A model generated the notes under the pieces. That model worked only from the letters and a program-made list of their open reading frames with translations. It searched no databases and was not told where the DNA came from. A stretch of 59,013 nucleotides of DNA, the filler included, from Dugesia japonica (lineage: Eukaryota), in the NCBI GenBank assembly GCA_001938525.1. It is 6 parts of 6 records of this genome, joined end to end, with 100 filler letters (N's around TTAATTAATTAA, not from the genome) between each part and the next. Parts side by side here need not be neighbours in the genome. Positions count along the whole stretch, not along the records: positions 21,099 to 32,504 come from MQRL01608616.1; positions 32,605 to 41,297 come from MQRL01506489.1; 4 more parts are not named here. The stretch is one strand, 5' to 3'. Position numbers and translations under genes: made by a program. This document shows, piece by piece, positions 25,141 to 39,449 of the stretch (positions within the stretch are counted from its first letter, which is position 1; each line of letters starts with the position of its first letter).

Positions 25141-27679
25141 ATTTAATATCGCTCGCATAATTTAAACAATCACAATCAAGGATACAGCACCAATTATAAA
25201 TAGTAACAATAATTTGGCGCCACTTAAAAGTACAAATAATCAAATAATTTACTTAAATTTGAGCTCAGGTCAAAGTTAAACCCAGTTTATTATCAATCAT
25301 TCTGGTTGTTTAAATCAAAAAAAATCGATATTTATGCACCAGTTCAAAGGTGAAACATGGTCCGAAGATCAAGTCAGTAAATTTGATGCCAGGTCAAAGT
25401 TCATTCCGGTTTATTATCAGCACAGTTTGGCTGGTAGCGAGGGTAAGGGTTGGGCTCATGCGCTTTAATATGCCTACTCAGTCATATTAAATTTATAATG
25501 TCTTACAAATAGTTAATTCATTATTATAAAGAAATTATTCTTTTCTTTAATGGTAATGATAAATAAAGCTTTTCTGCAATTTAATTCAATGATTTATTTA
25601 ATATCATGCATTGAATTGAGAATAGTTGATATTGAATTCTTGAACATTTGAAGATGTGTGTCTAACTAAAAAGACGACTTGCAGTATTTTGTTTATAAGT
25701 GTTAGACAGTTTGAGCGGTGCACATTTGAGAATGGATGTGAAGAGTTGGAAGTATTACTCCCATACTTGCACATACCTTAATTGATCTTAGCCTAGTTGA
25801 AACAACATAAGCTAATCGATAAGTTCAATTATAACTGGACATAGTTGGATGGTAACGGACCATGATTAGTACGTTGAACTGTACATATCGAAGAAGGTAA
25901 TCTAATGGTATGAAATGAAAACAAAACAATTATTGAAACAAGGTATTGGAATCATTTCAATGATATTTTTATTAATTTCATTAAGACAAAGATTATCAAT
26001 AATTTTCCTTGGGAGAATAGCCGTTTCCTCGATAGAGCAGCTGTTTTCTCAGGAGAGCAATTGATTAACTCAGAGAGAAGCTCATACTAAAATCACTGGG
26101 TAGCGACTAAAATTAATAAAGCGGGTGAGCGTGTAATGTTAATAATATCCGGGCGCGAATTAATTTTGATTTTAATATTGTCCGGTATGATCTAACGTTT
26201 TTTTTGTTCGGAGGAAATTCACCTAAAAAATTTAGAATGCTAGTTAATTTAAACAAAAAGAGGGTTTTCCATCCCTTTCCCTGGGAATAATTATTAAAAT
26301 TAATAATTTCACTTAATTTAAACCAATAATAACAATCTGTCGATTAAAACAAAGTATCTTTTTTTTACACCAAATACTCATAAAACATTAGAAATAGTTA
26401 ACCTTTAAAATAGTTTTGACAAGTTAAAACGCTTGAAAATATATATCAATTGATCTTAACTTTAAAAACTTTGACCAAGCAAGTTCTAGGTCACTTGACC
26501 TTAAAAAATTTCTAACAATCAAATCTCTTAAGAATCCGCACACCTATTTTTCGACTATTCAAATTCTAGGCTAGTTGACTTGAAAAAAGTTCCTTGGATG
26601 GAGGGGTGTCCCAGTGTGAGACTTTCTATCTACCGAAGATGCATAAAGTTTGATATAATAAATAATTATATTTTGAAATATTTTTAATTATGAAATTTAT
26701 TGATAAAAATAAACATTACATAATAAATCCATGAAATGAACCTGTTAAATAAATTTCAAAAAATTAAGAATAAACTTAGAAAAGTCAGTTCTCCATTTTT
26801 ATCGGTTAAAGAGTCACAGTTAATTATATTCAAACATTAATTTATTTACCACAAAAATTTAAATAAATTATTAACAAGTAATTTAGAATCGATTTGATTT
26901 ATAATTGTTTATTTAGAAAAGTTTCGATTGGACTAAATTGTGATAACATTTCGATCATTTTTATCTATAGATCAATAATAGAGCGACTCACAATTACAAA
27001 AGGTTAGTTTCTATTGTAGTTTTGTTAGATTTCTTGTTTTTAGACATCATTCATATGTTAAAGTAGGAAAATTACAAACTATACTTTTTCCGATTCCCAT
27101 TCTTCCCTCTACCGTAGAAAAAGAATACACATCCCACCAAAAAAATACTTTATCGTCCACAGTGGTTAGATAGGCCAGCATGACTCCACTAACCTGATTG
27201 GTCAATTTTTGATTTAATAAAAATTAATAAAATTTATGAAACTTAAGAAAATTAATGGAAATTTAACAAATCTTAATAAAATGAGTTTCTATTTTAATTA
27301 AGTGTTGTCGGGAAGATCCCATCCCAGACTTGAGAAGACCCTTCTGAAATCTTAAAACCCTAGACGAACTTCGAGCAGTAAATCCGTAAGGGAGGACTAC
27401 TTGCGGTCCCATACGCCAACCGAACTGCCTGGATGGTCAATCCAACAAAAAAAAATATCGTCCACTCATTACTGCCGGTGCATATCATTGTTCACAATAC
27501 GAACACTTTCTTCCGGCCTCAAAAGATGAATTCGAGAGAATTCCGANNNNNNNNNNNNNNNNNNNNNNNNNNNNNNNNNNNNNNNNNNNNNNNNNNNNNN
27601 NNNNNNNNNNNNNNNNNNNNNNNNNNNNNNNNNNNNNNNNNGTCTAAATTGTTTCTTCAATCTTCATCATTAGACAGCC

Positions 27680-28300
27680 ATTCTAGTTTGCCTCATAAAA
27701 GGTGATCAATCTTCATATTCCAACCTACTGACTGTGGGCCTTATTTTCTTAGATCAACTCCACAACTTTTGATGCCTTTAACATGGTTCATATCGGTGAT
27801 CCTATAGTTAACGTCTTGTAACTCATAGTTCTAATTGTTACACAATCGCCCCTATCTCCGTTCATTCAATTGACCAGTTTTGATAAACTTTATTTTACCT
27901 GTGCTGACAATCCAATATCCTTCCTGCACTCCCTGACTAAGTGTGATTTCAATAAAACAATTAAAATTTTCAAAATTCAAAACTTCTCCCAATCTTCCAT
28001 TTACTCATCTTAATATATATTATCAAACAAAAAAAATTAAAACTTATTTTTCTTTTTCAATATAAAAATTTTTTTTCTGCAACACCAAAATCTTCTGAAA
28101 TTTATCTTCTCAAAAACACGGAATATGATCATCATTTTAATTCATCATTTAAATTCAAAATTACGAAATTGCTCAACTAAATATATGATTCTAAAACATA
28201 TTTCTCAAACTAACAATCTTAACTTTTCAAAGTGCAACCCCTTTAAAATTCACAACTATTTTCGCAATCTTTAACTTGTTTGCGATTCAATGAAGCTTCT
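27680..28300 (-). pseudogene. Possible retroelement gag remnant
   Basis: Only a partial knuckle-like SHLVREC on the minus strand near 27925-27960. Confidence 0.2.
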
Positions 28301-31300
28301 GTTGAAAATCCATTAACTTTTCTAATTTTCTGTTCCTGAACCTTTTTATTTTTATTTCTGATTTTTTAAATTATTTTTCTTTACNNNNNNNNNNNNNNNN
28401 NNNNNNNNNNNNNNNNNNNNNNNNNNNNNNNNNNTTTTTATTTTTATTTCTGATTTTTTAAATTATTTTTCTTTACAATTTCCTATTAGCAAAACTTTAT
28501 ATCCTTTTTTCATCACTTTTTCCTTAAGCCAGTATAATTTTCCTTCAAATTCCAGAATATTTTCCTTTAATTTACTTATTTTACTACTCCACTTCACCTC
28601 ATCATTTATGTACTATTAAATTATCAAAANNNNNNNNNNNNNNNNNNNNNNNNNATTTTCATGTTCTATTTATTTATTATATTTATTCTTTTCTTTATGA
28701 TCTATCATTTTTGGATTTAGTATTAATTTATTTTATTAAAGCATTTATCAAATTCAAATGTTAATAAAATTTATTTTAAAACATTTATTATCAAGTATTT
28801 CATATTCCGCAAATTTAATTTTCCCCACAAGTTTATCTGTTTGTCAATTCAAAATTATTGTCATTGTCATCATTTCATTGCCGCTGGTCAAGTTTTATTG
28901 TCAAGTCTCAATTATTATTTAAGATTTTCCCTAATATTACTTAAACATGGTTCAAGTTTTAATATTATTTCAAAATCATCAATTAAAAATAAAAATTCGA
29001 ACAAAATTCATGACGAGTTGTCTGCTTCTTTATCTCATACCCACTATTGTCTTTTATGACCAATTAGCAGAGNNNNNNNNNNNNNNNNNNNNNNNNNNNN
29101 NNNNNNNNNNNNNNNNNNNNNNNNNNNNNNNNNNNNNNNNNNNNNNNNNNNNNNNNNNNNNNNNNNNNNNNNNNNNNNNNNNNNNNNNNNNNNNNNNNNN
29201 NNNNNNNNNNNNNNNNNNNNNNNNNNNNNNNNNNNNNNNNNNNNNNNNNNNNNNNNNNNNNNNNNNATTAACTTCAACATAATTTTAGATGAATTGTATA
29301 TCAATTTTTCCCTTTAAACAAAAATTTATAAAGAATTTATTTTATGCTCGACACATTTAAAGGTGCATTCATTAGAGGCGAATTTTTCATTATTATTTTC
29401 TCTTTTATAGTCTCCTTTAACAGCAATTTATTTTGAATTTCGACTCTCATTAAATTTCATAATTAAAACAATTTTCATTTTTTTAAAACATGTTTTAATT
29501 AATATATTATTTTAATATTTATTTTTATAGCTGGCACAGAAATACTTATATTACTGTATNNNNNNNNNNNNNNNNNNNNNNNNNNNNNNNNNNNNNNNNN
29601 NNNNNNNNNNNNNNNNNNNNNNNNNNNAAAATTCTCTAATTTGATATCCTGAAAATCTTTAATTTCTGTTAAAAATTAACAAATTAAAAACACCAAAGTT
29701 AATTGTGAGTACTCATTACTTTATTTAAATCCACAAACAAAATAACAGTATAAATTCATTAAGGATCCCGACTGAGCCCCAAAAATCCTTGTTGGGTTTT
29801 CACGAGTTTAAATGAATTAATTTTTCTTTATAGGGGCATACTCGTGAAAANNNNNNNNNNNNNNNNNNNNNNNNNNNNNNNNNNNNNNNNNNNNNNNNNN
29901 NNNNNNNNNNNNNNNNNNNNNNNNNNNNNNNNNNNNNNNNNNNNNNNNNNNNNNNNNNNNNNNNNNNNNNNNNNNNNNNNNNNNNNNNNNNNNNNNNNNN
30001 NNNNNNNNNNNNNNNNNNNNNNNNNNNNNNNNNNNNNNNNNNNNNNNNNNNNNNNNNNNNNNNNNNNNAAATTTTTAAGAATAGTATTAATTATAGTTTA
30101 TGAATTCTTTCAATTAAAAAAATCGTGATTTAAAATTTGAACGATATTATAATAAATTTAAATTAAATCATTTTAAAATCCATCACTTAATTAAAACAAA
30201 AATATAATTCAATTAAAATTAACCGATACAACACTACAATGAAAGGAAGAACAACATCTTAATCGATGATATTATCTGAGTAAATCTTTCAATTTCTTTA
30301 GAAATTTCATCTTATTTCTTTACTATCAATTATTCTTTAAAATTCTCCATTCTCTTNNNNNNNNNNNNNNNNNNNNNNNNNNNNNNNNNNNNNTTTTTTT
30401 TTAGTTCCCACATTTTATTGTCACTTTTCAAATAAACATCCATAAACATTAAAATTTAAAATTTCCTCGAAAAATCATGAATTTAGAATAAAATGAACAA
30501 ATTTCGAAAAAAAAATTAAAATTAGCATATGAAATAAAATTAATTGAAGGAAACATTTTTCACTATAAGTCCTTTAAGCAATGTATAGGTAGTATTTTAT
30601 TCTGATTTTAATTATGTAAAAATATTATTATGTCGTAATTATAATTATAAATATAATCAATAATTCATTTAAAATAAAAGTTTTTATTCTGAATTGAATT
30701 GTTTAAAAAAATTTTAAAAATTATTATTATTTTTATTATAACTAAAATGTATAATTAATTATATATTATTTTGAGAACCACGCATATTTGTACAAAAAAA
30801 TCTATGGGAAATATTTTCAGTTTTTAATTCCTAGTTAAATATTATATGAAAATATTTCAAAAAATGATTATTATTGTAAGAATAATTATAAATGTAATGT
30901 ATAATTAATTATATAATTATATATTATTTTCTCAACCACAAATTTTTTATGGCAAGCCCTATTTGAAAAATGATCAGCATTTTATTCTGTGTTTAACGAT
31001 ACCAAATTTGTTTGATTATCATAAGTATTTCCCGAGTAAATAATTTATCTTTTTAACCAAGCATATTTCTACAGCAAACTCTATACAAAATATGTTCGAA
31101 ATTTTATTCTAAATCGAATGCTATTAATTTCTTAGCCATACAACAAATTTTTAAAACAAGTCAAAGCTGATATATGCGCTCATACCGTTATCTTGGAAAC
31201 TAAAAATATTTATATTGCAAACCCTATGTAAACAATATTCAAATTTTAATTATAAGACGATGGGTACCAAATTCAAAACCATTTCTGATTGTAAAAATTC

Positions 31301-32219
31301 GAAGTCAAAATTTTGATATTTGATCTTTCCGAGGAAAAATTCGACCATTTTAACCTAAATGAAAATGATTTTCTTGCCAAAATTCGACCGATGAAATCAT
31401 TAGACAGTTTATAAAGTTTTTAGCCACTTTTCGGTAGGGGGGTTGTAAGTGGCTAATTGCACTCATATCTTTCTACCAATATCACCCAAAAGAGTCCACT
31501 CAAATGTGTAAAATAAATATAAGCACTATTTTTTTTATTTGTTAAAGAAAACATTTGTGAATTTTTAATATTGATTAAATAAACTTTGATAAATTAGTTA
31601 TTTTATTTATGTAATAATGGTAAATTAATAAGTTTATTGAAAAAGATTTTATAAATAAAATTTATTAAATATTTTATGTTCAGAAATACCAATGAGAATG
31701 TCTAATATCAAAATCATTTTCATCATACTCGGCCATAAAGAGGTTTTCATTAAGGTTGGTTTTTATTTAATATATAAAAAATTATTGGATGAAATGACCA
31801 ACATTTATAATTTAAATTAAAACAACAGTAACCAGTTCATGCTAATCACGTTCTAATTATATTTTTGCTCCATTTAACAAGCTTATCCAAAAAAACTGAA
31901 AAGAGATTTGCCGTACTTACAAGAAAATTTTACTAAGAACCACATGAAATAATAAACCACAAAAATTTGGTCCACTTAAGCGTCATTTTTATTATTAGAT
32001 TAATAGTATGATGAAATTTGCCGATTAGTTTTCTCGTTTTGTTCACAATATAGTTTTGGATATATTTTAGAATAGAAAATGGTTACGAGTACACGAGACC
32101 AGAAGTCATGTAATCACTTTTCACATCTCATATTATAAACAGCAATAGTAAAAGAAAGTAAGCTATAAACTTTAATTGTTTTTTAATTGCACAAAATGTC
32201 ACCTTATTATATTTTATGG

Positions 32220-32504
32220 TTAAATCAAAAATTGATAATTCACTTAGGTGAAATTTAGGTGAAATTGGTCCAAAATTTCCTCGGTAAGGTCGAATAAGNN
32301 NNNNNNNNNNNNNNNNNNNNNNNNNNNNNNNNNNNNNNNNNNNNNNNNNNNNNNNNNNGGATAATTTTTGGGCGTTTGGTCAAATTTTTCCTTAGGATTG
32401 ATGATTTTTTGGGTGATTTAGGTGAAATTAGTTGCAATTTTTCTTGATTAGGTCGAATGAGGTTGAATTTTGATTGGTTCTGATGAATTTGGTCTGAAAT
32501 TTTC
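32220..32504. repeat. Degenerate short-period repeat (ttaggtgaaatt / ggtcgaat units)
   Basis: Recurrent motifs next to the gaps. Confidence 0.5.
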
Positions 32505-32604
32505 NNNNNNNNNNNNNNNNNNNNNNNNNNNNNNNNNNNNNNNNNNNNTTAATTAATTAANNNNNNNNNNNNNNNNNNNNNNNNNNNNNNNNNNNNNNNN
32601 NNNN
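32505..32604. other. Artificial contig linker
   Basis: N44-TTAATTAATTAA-N44. Confidence 0.97.
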
Positions 32605-33740
32605 AATTCCGGATGACAAAATACATGAGACAATCGAAGAAATACATAAATTATTATGTCATGCAGGAGTTGAAAGTGTTGTACGAATATATGAAAAACA
32701 AATATATTGCAAAGAAATTGTGGAGCCAAATACATAAGATAGTTCGTAGTTGTGAAATTTGTCAGAAGACCAAAGTAGTGACAACAACAACTAGAGAAAA
32801 GACAAAGAGATTAGAAGCTACAAATTTGTTTGAAGTCATATTCACAGATATATGTGGGCCAATGCGGGAAAAAAGTGAACAAAAAAATACATTCTTGGAA
32901 TAATCGACCAGTACAGTAAATATATGGTTCTTATAGCATTGCCTAGACAAGACGAGGAAACAATACGAAAAGCTATTTTTGAAAAGTGGATATTGAGATT
33001 TGGAGGTTCAAGAGATAAGATTTAATTGTAGAAAAGCATTTAAATCCAGAGTTATGAGAGATTTTACTCAGAAGCTATATATTAAAATTTGCTTTTCAAG
33101 TGCCTATCATCATAATGCAAACAGACAAATCAAAAGACAGTTCAGAACAATTCGAGATTTTATTAATGCAACACTTTAGGAAAGAAAGTCAACATATTTG
33201 GCAAATCTTTTACCAGAAATAGAATTTACAATGAACGCAACAAAGCAAAAGACGACTGGAAAGAGCTCGGCTAAGATCTTATTTGGAAAGAAAATTAGCA
33301 GAGAAAAGTGATATGAGTCAGACGATTCAGATAGAACTAAAGAAAAGAGAATTCAAAGTCAGCGATTTTGTGCTAATCAAGGTAAAAACAAGAAATAAGA
33401 GCCAAGACAGATTTGAAGGACACTATCAAATAATTGAGAAAATTCACGAAAGACGGTATGCGGTACAAGGAGAAAATGGACAGCGATTAGAAAGATTTCT
33501 TAAGAAAAGGGATTTGTGGAAATAATTATTATTTAATAAATTTGAGCCAATAAAAATTGAGACAATTCTGGATAAAGATTTTAAAGCTACTATTCAAATA
33601 TCATTTCTCTTATTATATAAAATTTAGAGTTGATATAGAAAACTATATAACGTCTAAAAATATGAGTTCTGATTTGAATAACTAGTTACCAATTGAAGAT
33701 TTACCGAAAAATTTATATTCAACAACTTTTAGAAAATAAT
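32605..33740 (+). mobile_element. Ty3/gypsy integrase, PPT and LTR start; same family as 21099-25140
   Basis: VRSCEICQK and DICGP motifs; high similarity to 24050-25140. Confidence 0.9.
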
Positions 33741-33749
33741 AATCAATGG

Positions 33750-36383
33750 ATTAAAACCAAGAATTATCTAATAATTAAAATAAATAAATTAAATGAAACT
33801 TTTATTTCTCTAAATAATCACAATAAAAATATTAATGATAAACTTTAAGAAGTTGAACAAAAAATCAAAAAGCTCACAAGTATTTCTTCTCCCGAAAAAT
33901 TTAATAAAATCAATTTAGAATTAGAAACGTTTAATTATAAAATCAGCAAAGTTTTATATAAAATCGAATTTAATAAACAAATGATGAAAAATCCTTTAAT
34001 TTCTTAAGANNNNNNNNNNNNNNNNNNNNNNNNNNNNNNNNNNTTTAATTTCTTAAGAAAAAGAATTTATTAAAATAAAGAAAGATCTTCATATTGATCA
34101 TGTTAAAGAAGTTAATGATTATATTGATAAATGAAAAAAATAAGCATAATTAGAAATACTTTATGAACAAGATTTATTAAACAAGATTAAAGAAATAATT
34201 AATAATTATTTTCCCTTTTTTATTTTAAAAAGTTATGGTGATATGATGTAATTATAATAAGTAATAATGATGTATTAATTTGCATATTATTCACTTTTAT
34301 TATAAAAAATGATTTACCAAGTTATTATGGTTTAATACCTCCATTTAAAATAAAAAGAAAAGGAAGTATAATTAATCCTGAAATCAAGAATGATAACATA
34401 ATAAAATATTATTTCCTTGAAAAACCATTAGAACTTTATTTTCGTTTAAATAGATTAAGAGATATAACATATTTTATAATCCAAGGATATTGTGATATTT
34501 CATTTTTTGAAATATATGTAATGATTAATAATATACCAAAAGTATATGAATACAACTTTATTCAAAAACAAGAATTTACTCTTTTTATAGAATATCAAGA
34601 AATATTAACTGATAAATAAATACATGTAGATAGAGTTACTTTAATTTTACCCAAAAATATTTATATTTATAAAATTATTATTTTAAGTGATTACTCAATT
34701 GCTAAAAAATCATATTCTGAATTATTAGTAAATCCCATCTCTAAATTATCTCTAAAATAAAATAGATGAGCGAATACGAGAAGATCTAACACAACCCAAA
34801 GGTGATAATCAAAATGAAAATGAGCGAATGCAAGCTTTAGATAATGTAAATGAAGAAAGAAATGAAAAACTATTCAAGATTTCAGGTCTAAATTATCAAA
34901 TTTAAGAATAGTAGATTTTGAATCAGATTTAAATTATATTGATGATAAAATTAATAAATAATAATTAATAAATAAATTAATAAATATTTATTGAAACTTG
35001 TGTTGGTATAACTGGAATAATTTTAATTTCTTTAGGAACTTTCGGAGATTGTGGTTATTCCACTTATTTTAACTATAAAAATTTCTTGTATTCATATAAT
35101 TGAAACTTTAAATTCATCTTTAATAAAATCAAAAAAGAAGAAATATCAAAATTTAATTCATGAGTTAGAAACTGTAAAAAATTAATTATTTTTATTACAC
35201 CAAAAACTTTATCTGATGATATACTTACAGATGATGAAATTGCAATAAGCAAAAATATGGTTAAATAAGTTAAAGATTTTATTTCACATGAAAAAATTAA
35301 GAATATTATTATAATATTATTATAACTATAACAAGGATATTTTAAAGAAACTTGAAGAACAAATTGAAAATCAACAAAACGTTATTAATAAATTAAAGAA
35401 ATAGTCTCACGACCGCGGTCGTTACTTATTATATTTAGAGATTTTAATTTTAATTTGTGATTTTAAAAAGGAATAACGCGTTATTTATTTTTTTGAGATT
35501 CTTAATTTTAGAAATCTGCGCACGCGTGCACCCATTTTTAGAATTTGAAAAAAGCGATCTACGCTCACATTTTTTAATTTAAACAATTAAATTTTCCTGC
35601 TAATTTATCTAACACTGGATGCCAATTATTACAAACTTGACAATAAAACTTATTTCTATGTGANNNNNNNNNNNNNNNNNTATCTTCAATTATTCTTTTG
35701 TCATCATAACCAGTTAAAGTAATCTTATTTTGTTCTATTAATTAAATTTTATGTTTTTGTGATTTTAAACTATGATTAGTTGCATTAATTATTTCTTTTA
35801 AATTTTTTAAAACTTTATCATATTCTTTCATTCTTATTTTATTAATTTTTGAAACTCCTTTGTGTTTAGTTTCTATATTTTTGTTGGTATTCTCAATTAT
35901 ATAACTCTTTGCTTTTATAAAATTACATTTAGTTATTTCATCATTAGGTTTTTCATCTTTGACTTAAAATAATTCATTTCCTAATAAACTTTCAACTTTA
36001 TTTAAATTATCTTGACCAATGATCACGACAAATACAGAGATTGTATCACTATAATGAATTTTGTATTTATTTAGTATTTTATTTTCTAATTGATTATATA
36101 TAAAGTCATAAATGACTTATTTTGCATATTCTAAAATAACAAAACATATATATGGGAATTTATTATATTTCAAATTAGTTTTTCTCATATGCATAGCAGC
36201 TGATTCAGTTTCTCTCGTTTCTTTATAACTAAATATTTTGCTAGATCTAAAATTTATTTTTGAAGCAAATTTCTGATAATCTTTATCTGTGTCAACTATT
36301 TCTACATTACATCTATTTCTTATGTTTTCTAAAGTTTTACCATAAAATGCATTAATCATTAATTTATAAATGTAATCACCAAA
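33750..36383. mobile_element. Degraded Polinton segment, copy B
   Basis: Fibre C-terminus (SPEKFNKINLE), an unknown ORF, the membrane protein (+) and pPolB C-terminus (-). Confidence 0.85.
35580..36383 (-). pseudogene. pPolB C-terminal fragment
   Basis: NAFYGKTLENIRNR, HYSDT and GYDDKR motifs. Confidence 0.88.
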
Positions 36384-37335
36384 NNNNNNNNNNNNNNNNN
36401 NNNNNNNNNNNNNNNNTATTACTATTTATAAGTTGCTCAGTATATTCGAATTTGATTAGATGAACTTTTGTGCTTAAAAGTGATCTAAAATTGCTGTTCC
36501 AGAATCGTCTTTCTAATAACGTTCAGACGCAGTACTTTACAAGAAATTATATTTTAATAAAATTGTTATGAACCAATATTTACTATAATTATAAATCACA
36601 TTGATATCTTTTACTGTTTACAATTTGTTTCAAATTAAAAATATTAGGCCGTTATTTAATAACTCTACATGTTATTTTTACATTATTGATTTTTGAAATG
36701 TTAATGTCAGATATTTGAAAAATGTTAATGTCAGCCTAAAAATTTGAAAATTACTCAACTATAGACATTTGAAATTATTCTTTCATAATAAATTACTCGA
36801 AAAATTTCTTACATAAATTAACGATTAAAATTTGTCAAAATCAAATTTCTACAACATAAATTAGCAGCTAAAAATTTCAATAATATACAAATAATATGAA
36901 ATTAAATTGTTTGAATACAAGTATTTATATTATTTACAATCAAAATAATCATAGTTGAACAGAAATAATAAATCAATAAAAATCACAATGTTAAACAAGC
37001 ATTGAAAATTTTTAAATTTTCGATTGATTTAAAGAGAATTATGGAAACAACTGTGAAATAAAATCCTTTGGTCCTATTTGAAGTTTTGTAAATAGAATTC
37101 ATTCATTNNNNNNNAAAAAAAATATGCAGATGTTTGTTTTCTAATTCTAATGATAAATGAAAAATTATTGAAAGATTACAATCGTTATTTAAAAAATCAC
37201 AATTTTTCAAAGAATGTGATAAATTTTACTAAATCTTTTAAACTTTAATCATTAATATCAAATCAAAATCAATTTTACGTCGGATAATATATTATAAAAA
37301 ATAGTTTAATCAGAACATTTCTTCGTAAACAAAAT

Positions 37336-38514
37336 TCAGGTAACTTGCCAAAATTCTGTATTTGTGGGATTTTTGGTTTCAACCAATTTCTTTCGAAAAC
37401 TCAATTCAGTTTTATTTGTTTCTTGACTTTGTCTTAATTTATAATACGAATTATTAATTGAATTACTATTATTTTCTTTTCTAATTATATATAATCTGAC
37501 AAAAGCAACCAAACGATCTCGGAATTGTTGACTTGATGCTAAGTAAATGACAATATTAAAGCAATAATGAGAAAGACTTAGCAAATCAATAATTTCTTTT
37601 GCATCATGCATTTTGAAATGTCTGATCCAAGTAGGATCATTTTTCTTTTGTTCAACTGATAAAGTTGAGTTACCTTCAACATAAAAATTTTGACCGAGAT
37701 AGGCAGCTCCTATTGGTAATGTGGTTAAAATATTGAAAAATGAAACTAATAGTAAAGTAGTTGTTGTTGATTTAAATGAAATACTAGTTTCAGTATTTCC
37801 ATTTCGTTTCGTTTGCTTTTTACACTTTTCCGTATCTGTTTTCTGATAAGTAATATCTGATCCAGATATACGATACATTTCAATAATAACACGAATATTC
37901 AATCCCAACGTAATTATAGGTATCAAGGCACTGATCAAGAATTCCAAACTTAAAGAATAGATAACAAAGTATGTATTGTTTCTCCAGTCAGAAAGAAAAT
38001 GACAATTTGGTTCATAATGCCATACGAAAAACTGTGGAAAAACTGATATGAAAACTGTTAAAAATATCAAACCACAAGCTATCCAGGCTCGATTTTCCGT
38101 ACAACAACTTTCTCTTTTGAAAGGATAACATACAGCGATCCATCTTTCTAAAGTAAAACCAAACACCAATGGTACAGAATTGTATTGAAAATAAAAATAA
38201 ACAACATTAAACGTCTTACATATTCCTCGAATATCAATAATTCCAAAACCCCAAGAGGTTCTCAAGTAATATATAATACTTAGTAATATAAGAAAAAAAT
38301 CATTTACAGCCAACATTGCCATATAAACTGCAGAAGAATTATTCCGACGTACTTTTCTAGATATCCACACAGTAAATGAAATGGGATTTCCAATTAATCC
38401 AACTGCTAAAAAGAATGGCATCATAAACATGTGTAATTGATAAGATATTGGTAAATATTTCTGCCTAAATTCAATAGGCGTTTCTTCGTCTGACGTTGAA
38501 AGAGTACCGTTCAT
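37336..38514 (-). CDS. Rhodopsin-class (class A) neuropeptide-type GPCR, intronless
   Basis: Seven hydrophobic segments; GLIGN (TM1), LAVND (TM2), Cys before TM3, ERWIAVCYP, IP in TM5, NIVIY (TM7), FR helix 8; resembles FMRFamide/sex-peptide-receptor-like groups. Confidence 0.92.
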   Translation of the reverse strand: MNGTLSTSDEETPIEFRQKYLPISYQLHMFMMPFFLAVGLIGNPISFTVWISRKVRRNNSSAVYMAMLAVNDFFLILLSIIYYLRTSWGFGIIDIRGICKTFNVVYFYFQYNSVPLVFGFTLERWIAVCYPFKRESCCTENRAWIACGLIFLTVFISVFPQFFVWHYEPNCHFLSDWRNNTYFVIYSLSLEFLISALIPIITLGLNIRVIIEMYRISGSDITYQKTDTEKCKKQTKRNGNTETSISFKSTTTTLLLVSFFNILTTLPIGAAYLGQNFYVEGNSTLSVEQKKNDPTWIRHFKMHDAKEIIDLLSLSHYCFNIVIYLASSQQFRDRLVAFVRLYIIRKENNSNSINNSYYKLRQSQETNKTELSFRKKLVETKNPTNTEFWQVT

Positions 38515-39449
38515 TTTAAAAATCTATTTATCTGAATTTTTTAANNNNNNNNNNNNNNNNNNNNNNNNNNNNNNNNNNNNNNNNNNNNNNNNNNNNNNNN
38601 NNNNNNNNNNNNNNNNNNNNNNNNNNNAATATTAACATATTTCGAAATTTTAATCAATAAGTAATTAACATAAAAGTAGGAAAAATCATTTCGTTAGGAT
38701 TCACAATTTTCCTATTTTCTTTTATTTATAAAAAAATCAACTTTTAAATTTTTATTTTTGAGTATATAAAAAGTTTAAATTGTATTTTTTTAGAATCATT
38801 AAAATCTAAAATTCATTAATTAATTTTTATTTGATAATTTAGTAAAATGTATTTATAAATTTCAAAATATTCAAATATCATTGTTTTCATTTGAGAAAGT
38901 TTTCAAAAATTTATTAATATTTTTAAATTTTTAATAATTATTGGTAAGATATACTTTTTTGTTCAGAAGTTCTATTGTTTCATTAAATTTAAAATTGTCG
39001 TTAACGTTTATCTTCAAAATTATTTTTTTNNNNNNNNNNNNNNNNNNNNNNNNNNNNNNNNNNNNNNNNNNNNNNNNNNAAATTTATTAATATTTTTAAA
39101 TTTTTAATAATTATTAGTAAAATATACTTTTTTGTTCAGAAGTTCTATTGTTTCATTAAATGTAAAATTGTCGTTAACGTTTATCTTCAAAATTATTTTT
39201 TTAGACTTGAAATAATCTTTCCTGTCATAAAAATTTGATTTATCTATCCATACTTAACAAATTTACGAATACTGGAAAATTTTCTGTTCTCTCAATGAAT
39301 TTCTTATATTAGTTTGTTTTAAATTTACAAATCCTTTATAATATTATAATTGAAAATTTATAGGATTTCTACATAATAAAGATTTATTTAAAATACGAAT
39401 ACTTTACTTAAATAAATTTAGAATAACCTCTGAAATAAATGAAAATATA

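Noticed and set aside
25500-26050. Possible Pif1 helicase or PIWI C-terminal fragment on the minus strand
   Set aside because: Only vague resemblance; no diagnostic motif is intact.
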